From Amphiscolops sp. MND2022 (lineage: Eukaryota), in assembly GCA_964187785.1 (NCBI GenBank), contig OZ076409.1, positions 25,484,001-25,548,000 of the forward strand: a DNA stretch of 64,000 nt, written 5' to 3'. Shown one piece after another: positions 15,001-27,000 of the stretch (the first letter of the stretch is position 1; each line of letters opens with the position of its first letter). The position numbers and the translations under genes were made by a program. The notes under the pieces were generated by a model. That model saw only the letters and a list, made by a program, of their open reading frames with translations. It searched no databases and was not told the DNA's origin.

Positions 15001-18000
15001 TGGACCCATATAGTTTTCTACAATAATTTCGTGCAGTTTTCCTGCACAGAATAGTACGGAACCATATGGTTCTATGCGTAGAAATTTCTGAAAAACATGG
15101 TTCCATGTATTAAAAAATTTCGTGAAATTGTGTTGATCATATGGTTCTTAGTCTGGAACTGCATGAAAATCGCATGAATTTGGCTTCGTGCATCAATGAC
15201 AATAAGCCTTGACGTTCATGAAACTCAAAGAATGTTTAATGCAAATTTGTAAGTAATCAAAGATATTCAAACCTGACTCCTTGACCTCTAATCAACTCAA
15301 TCTCAATGAAGCTGTCAGTGGGGTTTTCCCGATAGAGCACAAAGACGTTTTTGGCACACACGGAGTTCGAGGTGCCACACAAGACGTCTTGTACTCTGAC
15401 CTCGAGGAGTCCGTCAGTTGTTTGTAACATGATGTACCCACACCTTCCGTCAAAGTGGTACTGCAGGTCATCAAACGTCTTGTAGATGTGTGAGCCCACC
15501 GAGTAACAGGTTGCGGGACAGTCCTATGGTAATCAGAAAATGTTTATTCTGCTATATATGAGATATCATGTGTTTTTTTGACGTCATTAGTACTGGAATG
15601 GTTACATATTCCATTAAATTCTAAGAACAGGACTCGTAAATATTTCGAATAAAAATGAAATGAACTCGCAAAGGAATGAATTGAGCTCGGAAAGGAATGT
15701 AATGAGCTCCGAAAACACCTTTTGTTGGGACGATATAGATGAAAATCTTCATTTTAGCTTTGATTGCAGTAAAAGTTTCGCGGAAGCACAAAGTGGAAGT
15801 ACAAAGCTCATTACTTTTTTTAACACTTACCTTCAGTAAAGTCTGAAGTTGTTTATAGCAAGATGTTTGAAATACATGTTTGATATACCACAGTATTTTC
15901 GAACCTCCACTTCCAAAATTCGGATAGTATTGAAAAAATTATCGACGGATAATTATTTGGAAAACCTAATATCAGACAAAAAAAAGGAATCTTGAACAGT
16001 CTGATATTGTCGAAAAACGTGAAAGGGGGACCATTCTAGATTTTTTACATCCATTTTGTTGCAAATTATCAAAAAATATTGAAAGAACACCCTCTTGAGA
16101 CATTGAAAAAGGTTCGAAAAAAAACAAAAATTGATAATTTTGAACAAGGTCACAGTACCGAAAAATTTAAAAGGGGACCCCTTAGAATTTTTTAACATCC
16201 AGTCTGGTGCAAAAATTCAAAAAATTGAAGGGGCCTTTTGGTGCAATTAAAAGATTTTCGAAAAAAGTTTCATAGTGCCCTAAAAAACTCCAGTTAGAAA
16301 CACCAAGATAGCCAAAGTGGGAATCCTTAGTATGTTTTTGAGGTTCTGGACGTCGGTTTTGTTTTGGACGAAGTTCTGACGTTTCCAGTACGTTTTGGCC
16401 ACCCGAAGGTCAAGTTGGACAAATGAACAAAAAAGTGGACCTTAGGCGTATAAAAAAACTACTCACTGTAAGACTCGGGCACTTTTCTTCAAAAGCTCCG
16501 ACGAAAAACTTAGTTGTTGTGCTGACTCCAATAGAATTTGAAAGAAACAAAATGAAAAGAAACACCCGGTACACTGGCAAAACGCCTAAAAGCGGATGTA
16601 AGAAGGAATATCGCAAACACGTCTCCGCTCTCCGCAACAATTGCAAATAATTCGTCAGCATTCATCGATCGAGCCAGTTTACAGTTGCCAACATATTTCA
16701 GAAAAGTTGCTGATGGCGCATCTTTGTGGAAAAGGTGACTGCCTCTCAGAAAAGTGGAAATGAATAGGTTTCGTAATTTTACGAGGACCGTTCAGTTGAA
16801 CTTTTTGAAAATTTCTTAGCGAACTAATTTGAAGAACATTACAAAAGAGGCTGCCAATATTGATTCTATATTTGACACACAGATTAAGAAATTGACCCGC
16901 CAAACTGTCGTAAATATTAACTGTTGGACAGCACAATACCGTACGACATACTTGGGCTGCAGAGCTCATTTGATCGACTCTCAAACTCTCTTTGAAAAGA
17001 AAGTCTGCCTTCTCCTTGCTGAATTGAGACCACCAACAGTTTGATTACCATTTTCAGAAAAACAGCATAGTTCGTTTCATATCGTTTCCGACAACGCTGC
17101 GAATATGAAACTAGCTTACGATGCTACAATCGTTCAGGAGAGGATAGTTTTTCAGGAAGAATTGAAACTTTCCAGGTCAAAAATAACACCATGAAGTTGG
17201 ATATGGAACTGGTCTGGTTGTTCGAGATAAGCCCAAAAAAGTGAATTCGTACTCAGTTCTCAAATGCGGTTTCAAAAAGTTTCGCAATATTGCCGGGTTA
17301 TTGCACTGCCACTTGAATAATTTCAAAAACAAATTAGTCTTTTGTATCCACAAACCAAACTAGAAACTCGAGATGGAAACCAGATGGAACTCAGAACTCA
17401 GAATGATTTTGAAGAAAATTCTTACGATAGTCGATGAAATCAAATCTGCATTAGGATCGTGTGACAAGATGGTGTTGTCATTGTTGCCTCTTGAAATCTT
17501 TCGAAACAATTGTTTGCCGCAGATGTTGAATTTTTCGAACAAGGGATCAACATTTTTCGAATGGAAGCCAACCAATAATCAACTTTATTATACCAACAAA
17601 ACATTAACTCCAAAATGCAGTTTCGCGGCAGTCAAAAATGCTGAAAAGAGTTCTTTGTGCAGTATCTGGAAACGGACGTTCAAAGAACAAATATCTTGAA
17701 ACTCCGGAGAGAATATGAACCTAAACAAACCATAAAAAATCTAGTCCTAAAAATCTTGTTATATCCGGACAGTTCTGGAGCAGTGGAAAGGATGTTCTAC
17801 GTTTGCGATTTGAGTTGTGCTGACTGAAAAAACACACTTTCTCCAATGAATTCGGAAAAGATTGATAAGATTGCGTTTTCTGAATTAACCTAAATCATTG
17901 TCAGAAACTTTACAGTCGATTCTCAGTACTGCATGCGATAATTTTTTCTACACGATACCGATACACTAAAGGAAAGTATACGAAAAACATGATACACGAT

Positions 18001-21000
18001 TTTCAGCGAACGAGTCAATTCGCCGGTCCGCTAATTTGTAATATAGATATTTTCAATTAGCAAAAAGCGGTTTCGAGCCATGAGGGCCCCATTTATCGGC
18101 ACTTTTAGAATTATGACAGCTTTAGCAGTAATTTTAATGTTCTCGTTTGCATTTTCTTTGAATCTTGTGAAGCCACTACTCTGTGCAAAGCAGAGGGTGT
18201 GAAGTTTTTCCAATGGATTTAGTAATACTACAGTATTGATTCCAAAAGATGTACCTTATTGATATTATTGAAAGCAACAAAAGGCAAATCTCAAAACCGA
18301 ACATCTCAAAAACGGCAGAAACGAGTGATTTTTTGGAAAATGGTAAACATAAAAGTTTCTTAGATTTTTATCTAGTTTACAAGTTTGTCTGTATGACAAT
18401 TATGCGATAGAAAATGTAGGCCAATTTTAGCCAAATTTATGTCAAAATTCAAAAAAATTTTTCTAAATTAGTGGAAAATTTCATGTTCAATGGACCCCTT
18501 GATTTTACTGAAGCCCTTGATATGTTTTGATTCATAAACTTTTCTGTAATCGTTGAAAAAATACGCTGTAAATATAGGCTTCTCCGAAAATACATGTATC
18601 AAGATACAATTTTGAAATTTAACAACTTAAAACAAGCTCATACTGATACAATTTACAATATTTCAGAGAAAAAATACATTGTCAGATTCGATGTTCGGGA
18701 GAATTTTCAATTCATAACTATTTTGATATCAAAAAAGTGTAAATGGGTCAAAAGTTCAAAAAACATATGAAACGATGTTATGGAAAGTGCTCTCGACCAA
18801 TGAAATGAGCGCGTGAGAACTTAATCAACCAATGGGATTTATTTATTTGCTCTCTTTCTGAATGCTATGTTGCTTTTATTATTTTCCGTCCATATTTCAT
18901 ATGGAAAAGGAAAATATTTAAATCAAACGGTTTTTCTACAAAATTTGCCAAGAATTAAATTATATCCTAGAAAAACGGTTTCACCCATAGAATTCAACTG
19001 ATGTGAAATTAGTATCATGCGGTATGAATTTGTCGAGGTTTTTGGACTTTTTTAATTGATCCAAAGACACCAGAATGACCCAAAATTGACGCCAAAAATA
19101 GTAAAAGCAGCAAACGTTTCCAATTTCATGCAATTTTTGTCAAATTATTGATAAATTTCCTGGCTTTGAATGTTGAGAACAATCCAAAGAGAAAACAATT
19201 GTTATCAAAGAGGCTTTTTCAAAAAAATTAATGCAATTTTTAATGAAAAAATGCCTCAAATTTAGACGCAAATTGACAAAAATACCCGAGAATTCAGAAT
19301 TTTGAAGATTTTATGCAATTTTTGTCAGTTTTTCGAAAAACTTAGTGGCTTAGAATGTCAAAGATGTTAAACAAGGAAAAGATTCGCTGTCTGGGAGGCT
19401 TCCTTGAAGAGATAAAAGCAATTTGTGTCAAAAAAATGCATCAAATTTGGACCGAAATTGACAAAATACTTGAAAATTCAGATTTTTGAAAATTTTATGC
19501 AGTTTTTGTGTACTTTTCGAAAAACTTGGCGACTTAGAATGTTGAAGACGTTCAAAAAGGAACAAATAAGTTGTCGTGGAGGCTTCTTTCAGGAGATAAA
19601 AGCAATTGGTGTTGGAAAAAAGCATCAAATTCAGACCGAAATTGACAAAAATACCAAAAAAAATCAAATTTTGAAAACTTTATGCAGTCTTTGTGTAATT
19701 TTGGAAAACCTTGGTGACTTAGAATTTCAAAGACGTTCAACAAGGAACAAAGTGGTTGCCAGGAAGGCTTTTTAAAGGAATTTAACGAAGTTTTGTATTA
19801 GAAAAACGCACAATTTGCGACCAAAAATGACAATAACTTGAAAACGTACCGATTTTTCACGTTTTCATGCAACGTTTGTCAAATTTCTAAAGATTTCATG
19901 GATCCGAACGTTGGATACTTTCAACCATGAATGATTTCGTTCTCCAATAGGGTTATTTGCGGAGATAAATGCAGTTTTATAAAAAAAGAATTGCCACATG
20001 GACCCCAAAATAGTCAAAAAATACTACTTTCTGTTGCAACCTTTTCATGGATTAGAACTCTGAAACGATTCAACAATAACTGAAGGCGTTGTCCGGTTGG
20101 CTTTTTCATAGGATAAGTGCCAGTTTCTGGTAACAAACGTGCTTTAATTTGAATCAAAAAATGTCGAAAACTCCACAAATTTCCAGCTTATGTAGGTTCT
20201 TCATGTTATTTGGGTACAATTTTCTAGAATTTGTTGAGTTAGATGGTTCAAAACAATCAAAGGTGATAAAATCAGGTATGTAGTTTCCCTTCTTAATGAG
20301 AAAATTACAGTGCTTTACATCAGAAATACTTCAAATTTGTAATTTTTCCTGCAGTTTGTTTTCAAATTTTGAAAGTTTTTGTGACTAGGAAAGTTCAAAA
20401 CACTCGAAAACGAAAAAGTTAGCTATGCAGTACGCTATTTTGAAGAGAGCTGCAGTATTTTGCTTTCAAAGTGACCTTGATGAGTCGGAAATAAAAAGTC
20501 TAAATTCAACGCTTCTTAAGCAAAGTTCTGTATTTTTTGAGACGTTTCCATCGTTGGAAGACAGAAAAGCTCCAACAGCGAACGAATGCGTTACTCAGTA
20601 GGTTTTTTGAAGGTGAATTGCAGTTTCACGTTAGAAAAGAGCCTCAAAAACAAGTTTTGGCAGTTGTTCGACAATTTAGTGAATTTCTTTTGAAAGTTAC
20701 CAAAACTTCTTAATAGTCCAGTAGTCTAACTTTTTGGAGTAGGCATGCAGAATTTTTGAAGAAGAAATCTACAATTGTGTATGCAAAAAGTTCGTCAGAA
20801 CGACTTGAAATTTAGTGAAAATCAATTTTTTGTTTTTGAAATGTTGATATACTTTTTTGTAAACGTTTCGAGCAATTTTGGTATTCAAGAACGACTGGAC
20901 CCGTTATCCAATAGCCGTTTTTGAAAAGTCATCTACAGTTTCTTATAAAAGTTCCTCAAACGACCGCAAAGTTGTCGAAAAAGCAAAATTGTAGAAATTT

Positions 21001-24000
21001 TGACGTTTTTGCCGACTTCGCGCAAATTTAAAGAAAAATCAATTGGTTAGGTTTTGGAATACACACAATCTGACGAAAAACCAAATAGGTGTGTGGTGTC
21101 TTCTTGAAGTGTTCCCTTCTGAAATGGCATGACATTATTCAAAAATTGTCAAACTTTTTTTCATCAAACCTCTATGCGTTTTCATAGTGCAATAGCTACT
21201 CTTGAGTCTCAAAAATATGTCATTGCTGGAGCAGTTGGGACGGAAAATATCCTGCTGGTCAGCGGGCGTCTTGTTAACATGACTATTTGAGTGTTACGAA
21301 TGTCCTGCAATTTTTACGCGCCCTCGTAGCTTGACTACATTAAATAGTCGACCGTGACTTCTCTACCTGAGTGTGTATTCATATCTGGTTTCAAATCAAC
21401 AGATTATCGGTTAATTCATTCATAAAATGTGTTCATAACTCATTTTTCAACTGTTTTTTTTGTAGTGATGAAAAGTCGTTTTGCGCACCTGTTGATGACA
21501 CTGCCATGTCTTTCCCATGCACACACACTCACTGCACTCCCGTCTGATGACGTCACCTTTGGTGTACTCAAGTCCATCTGCGATGCAGGAGCACTGGTCT
21601 GGGTACACACACATGTTGCTCAGGGGGTACTTCAACACCATCCCCGTGGGACATACACACGCACCAGGCACTATTCCTGCAGAAAAGTAACAAGTAAATC
21701 AGAAAGAACTGGGCTCTGCAATATTTGTATATAAGGATGTAAAAAGGAGAGATTTATTGAATGAAATTGTTTTCATTCAGCAATAATTTAAGGAAACGTG
21801 AAACGTTTAAATTGGCCCGGAATCAATGTTTTGGCATTGGCGCCACTATAGTCACTCAGTTGAATACGTTATTAGTTTTTGCTCTCAATGATCTTCAGGA
21901 AGTGCAACGGAGTTATTATGCCAAACTTTGAATTCAGACAAAGAAATGAATTCGGTCTGAATTCAGTACAATTTGAAATGAGAAACTGAATGTCGAAATC
22001 AATTATCATTTTTATCTTCCGATGTATGAATTTATTACTTTGGAAGGGCCCAAATTTTCACCAAAATTCTGTTGATATGGAATATTCAACAGATTTCAAC
22101 AATTTCAAGATTTGGGCATTTTTTCGTTTAATGTGACTGAGGAAAATTTGAGAAAAAATATCATTTATATTTTTCAATTTTTGTCAGTCACATTAAACGA
22201 AAAAATGGCCAAATCTTGAAATGATTAGTTGTTTCTGTCAGATCTCAGACTCACAAATGATGCTCCCCTTGTAAAAATACTATTCGGATGGTAAGTTGAT
22301 ACGCACCATGTGGACAGACATGATCGTCAGGTGTGGTGCATGTATCGATGCAAGGAGACACGTTCTCCTTGAAGACCAAGTTGCCTGGACACTCGGAGGT
22401 ACAGGGGGGCTCCTCAATCTGACACTCGAACAGACCATTGGTGCAGGTGCTGGAACAACATACAGTATGTCTGTCTGCTCCACTCATTATCTGGGCTTGA
22501 AACAGCACTGGTCTGTTGTTTTTTGGAACACATTTCACTCACTTTTACAGCTAAATCTTGATTTGAGATTCTCAGTCTGTTGGAAAACCCTTCAATTTCA
22601 ACTAAACAAAACTTAACAAAACAATTTTAGAAGAGGTTTGTAAACTTTATGCATATTTTTTATCATTTTCAGCTGAACGTTCCAAATTTGTAAGAGTTAT
22701 TGTTAAATAATGCCTTTTCTTACAAGTTCTTGGCAAATTATTTGTGACAATTTTGCAAAACATGTAAACTTTTCCAGAAAGGGTTGTAAGTATAAACATG
22801 CAAGATTGAGCTGATGTTTTTCCCAGTGTAAAATATCTTGAAACTCGTGCCAAGAAAGTCTTTTCCTGCAAGTTCCCGTTACCTCTTCAAACCCTTGATA
22901 AGATCTTGAATTATTCTTGGACAGTTAAAAAACTTTTCTCCTTGAACCGTTAAGACTCTTATCAAGAAGTTCAAGAGGTGGAAAATTCGAATTCATCGTT
23001 CGGGCATGAAATTTGCACGTGTCACATTTTAGTACATTAGAACTGTAAATAAATCTTCTCTTACAGGGTTACCTCAATGACCCGGGTAGTATTAAGGACG
23101 CTTTTTGGCACCGCTTTTCCTGAAGCCACTGAATAGGTAGGATGATTTCATGAAGTTTTGGTTAGATTGTCATGATTTCTAGATGAAAATGGCCCAAATT
23201 TGGAGACTTTGGTGAAATAAGATCTAAAAACACTATTTTACTGGAATAAGGCCTGAAATCACTGTATTTTGGTAGAATGAGGTCTGAAAACACTGTATTT
23301 TACTGGAATAACGTCTAAAACCCCCGTATTTTGGTAGAATAGCATCTAAAATCACTATTTTGGTAGAATAGCATCTAAAATCACTTTTTTGAAAATAGCG
23401 TCTAAAATCACTTGTCTTGGGAATAATCTTCTTGGGAAAATTACTACTTCTGTGGAATAACGTCCAAAACCACTATACTTGGTAGAATAAGAACTAACAA
23501 GAGGGGAACGTCTAAAGTCCGAAAGTCTGCGCTTTATCTCAGGCTCAAAAAGATCGATCATACGCCTCCTCCTCAATAGAACGCGAATTGGATATAACTC
23601 TCTTCGGATAAACGTCAAAAGTTCGGATACAGCGCTTTACTCCAGAAACTAAGTCAAAATTTTGAAAGTATTGAAAAAAGTCATTTGTGGGTATGTTTTG
23701 AGAAAACCTAATTCCCTACTAAAAAGAGAATAATAATACAGTCTCATAGTGCCAAAACATGTTAAAAGGAGACCTTTTGGGCTTTATGAAACTCCTGTTT
23801 GTTGTAAAATATTGAAAAGTTTGAAGTGGACCTTTTAGAGACAAAAAATGCTAATAAAAGTTGCACAGTGCCGAAAAAATTCAAGGGGGGACCCTACAAT
23901 CTTGTCCCGTTTTGCATCTTAAGTTAAAAATGGAATAAATGAAAGGGGACCCTTAGCACTTACTTACATGCGTTTCCGCTTGTTGCTCCAATAGTTTAGT

Positions 24001-27000
24001 AGTTCTGGAAAAAGTGTCCACTACGCATACATTCTGTTATCTGACGAAAAAAAATTTAAAAGTTGCCACTGTTTCACTCGCGCCTATTTTCTACTAAAAT
24101 GCGCCGAATAAAAAGACTGTATTTTACTGGAATAACGTCTAAAACCCCCGTATTTTGGTAGAATAGCATCTAAAATCACTATTTTGGTCGAATAGCATCT
24201 AAAATCACTTTTTTGAAAATAGCGTCTAAAATCACTTGTCTTGGGAATAATCTTCTTGGGAAAATTACTACTTCTGTGGAATAACGTCCAAAATCACTAT
24301 ACTTGGTAGAATAAGAACTAACAAGAGGGGAACGTCTAAAGTCCGAAAGTCTGCGCTTTATCTCAGGCTCAAAAAGATCGATCATACGCCTCCTCCTCAA
24401 TAGAACGCGAATTGGATATAACTCTCTTCGGATAAACGTCAAAAGTTCGGATACAGCGCTTTACTCCAGAAACTAAGTCAAAATTTTGAAAGTATTGAAA
24501 AAAGTCATTTGTGGGTATGTTTTGAGAAAACCTAATTCCCTACTAAAAAGAGAATAATAATACAGTCTCATAGTGCCAAAACATGTTAAAAGGAGACCTT
24601 TTGGGCTTTATGAAACTCCTGTTTGTTGTAAAATATTGAAAAGTTTGAAGTGGACCTTTTAGAGACAAAAAATGCTAATAAAAGTTGCACAGTGCCGAAA
24701 AAATTCAAGGGGGGACCCTACAATCTTGTCCCGTTTTGCATCTTAAGTTAAAAATGGAATAAATGAAAGGGGACCCTTAGCACTTACTTACATGCGTTTC
24801 CGCTTGTTGCTCCAATAGTTTAGTAGTTCTGGAAAAAGTGTCCACTACGCATACATTCTGTTATCTGACGAAAAAAATTTAAAAGTTGCCACTGTTTCAC
24901 TCGCGCCTATTTTCTACTAAAATGCGCCGAATAAAAAGACTGTATTTTACTGGAATAACGTTTGTTTCAAAAATAATGTATTCAAAAAGGTTTTTTGTTT
25001 TGCTTCAGTAGAAAAACCCTCGTGTTGGTCTTGATTTCTTGAAGTGCAATTCCTTGCGGTAGTGTTAGTTTTTGGCAGGTTTTTCAGCTGATTTGTTTCT
25101 CTATTTTCAATTTGAAGTCTTTCTTTGTTTAGAGTTTTGGGAATTTTTATGCGTTTTTAGCGATGTCTTTTTACGTGGGAACCTTCGGAGGCCACGCTCT
25201 TGTCGTGGGTCCTGTCACGTGGAATCGAAAAGATTCCACTAGATTCCACTAGCGGAGAGGCTCCGAACTTAATATAATAAGGAACGTGGTTCGTACTAAA
25301 AACCCTTTTTGTGCGTTTTTTTTCGGTTGACAAAAAATCAAGTCCTCGGCAAGATCTTGCAAGATGGAACATATTCTTGGCGCTCTTGGTAAGAATCTTG
25401 GCAAGATTCTTACCAAGGGTTTCAGAGATTTGCAAGATTCTTGGCAAGAGTTTCAAGATGTTTTACACTGTGTGAAGAAAGGAGTATAGGCTACAGTTGT
25501 TATGTAACAATACAATTATTGCGTAATCATCATTCTCACCATCTCATACACCCTTCTTGGAACACATCTCCGTTCAATGTTACATTCTCGAGATGGTAGC
25601 AGTCACAAGATGACTCATCTACACACTCGTTGCGGGTTTCATCCCAGATAGTGTCACCCGGACATGAGCACCCAGCGATGTACCTGTCAGTACATTGGAG
25701 ACCTGCCATTGAGAAGCGCGACCGCTGTCTACAACTGTAGTGACAGAAGGGAGACTTCTCAGTGTACGACATCTCGTCATTGGGGCAACTTTGACCGCCT
25801 ACAGAAACAGGTATCAAAACTTTTTATGAATATCCAAACAGCAAAATTTGTTCTTAAAGTCAAAAGAAAGTTTTTGAAATCGATTTAGTGTCTCTCAATA
25901 CAAAATTTCAAGAAAACACTGGAAACGATGAGCGAGACAACAGAACTTTAATTATTTCCCAAAACATGTCGAACAATCAAGCACATTGTCAATTTATACA
26001 GTGAAGCAAAACAACTTTTGAAACGAAATGGGGAAAATAAAGGTGTTGAACAGTTCCCCCTACAAAGAAGGTTGATGACTCATCAGAGAAGCACAGCAGT
26101 CAGTTATCATGAATGAGTATTGAAGGACGAAAAAGGCCCAAAACCAGAAACAAACTAGTGCAAAAGAAAAACTATGATACGACACGTTACGGCATTACAG
26201 TGCCAAAAGTGGGTTAGCACATTTTTGTGCTATTAAGTTACTGAAATCCACTGGCATACATTTAAACATATAAATCACTAAATCACTTATTTTCACTGGA
26301 TTCCGTTGTGGCCTGTTTTGGATTCCACTAACATATGTAGCTAGTGAACAAAAATGCGTGCACCGGAATCCACTGCTTTTCACTGCCAGCTGAATTGAAC
26401 CAATCGCGTCAGCTTATTTCAATTTTCAGCGGAATCCGCTAAAAATTACAGTAGATTCCACCTTGGCTTACAGTGGATTCCACTTTGGCTTGCAACCGAA
26501 TCAATTTTGGCGCACAACCGATTCAACTTTTTAACTTGTGGAATCGAATGTAAAAAGAGCGGAATCGACAGTAAGCCAAAATGAAATCCATTACGCGGTA
26601 AGAAGGGTTTCGTAATCAACTCAAATCTTATAAAATCCAGATTTGAGCGCTCAAAGCCACTGCAGCGATCATTGAGCGTTTAGTGGAATCCACTGCAGCG
26701 TCTAATGGAATCCACTGCAAGATTCGCATGTTTTGGTTGTGGAATGCACGCAGTGAAATCCGCTGAAAAGAAATGTGCCAAAAGGTGAAATCGACCGCTA
26801 CGTAATAGCATTTGTCAGTGGATTACAGCCTTCCGAAACAGCTGTTCACCGAATTACACTGCAAAAACTCAAAATACCCACGTTTTGCACTGTAATGGGT
26901 GATGATTAAAGAAAAACAAGGCGAGAGGTTCTTCAAATGGTCGCAAAAAACTGGACACTAGTGAGATCCGAACTTCATTATCCTTCTTTGAAAGCAAGCA

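Larger units (their letters stand above)
22822..25472. mobile_element. TIR element (CCCAGTGTAAAA termini) containing a minisatellite and a duplicated HINE
   Basis: About 35-bp imperfect TIRs with CTTG/CAAG subterminal repeats. Confidence 0.65.

Noticed and set aside
23355..23618. 87-aa ORF duplicated at 24179-24442
   Set aside because: By-product of the 824-bp duplication across minisatellite/HINE sequence.
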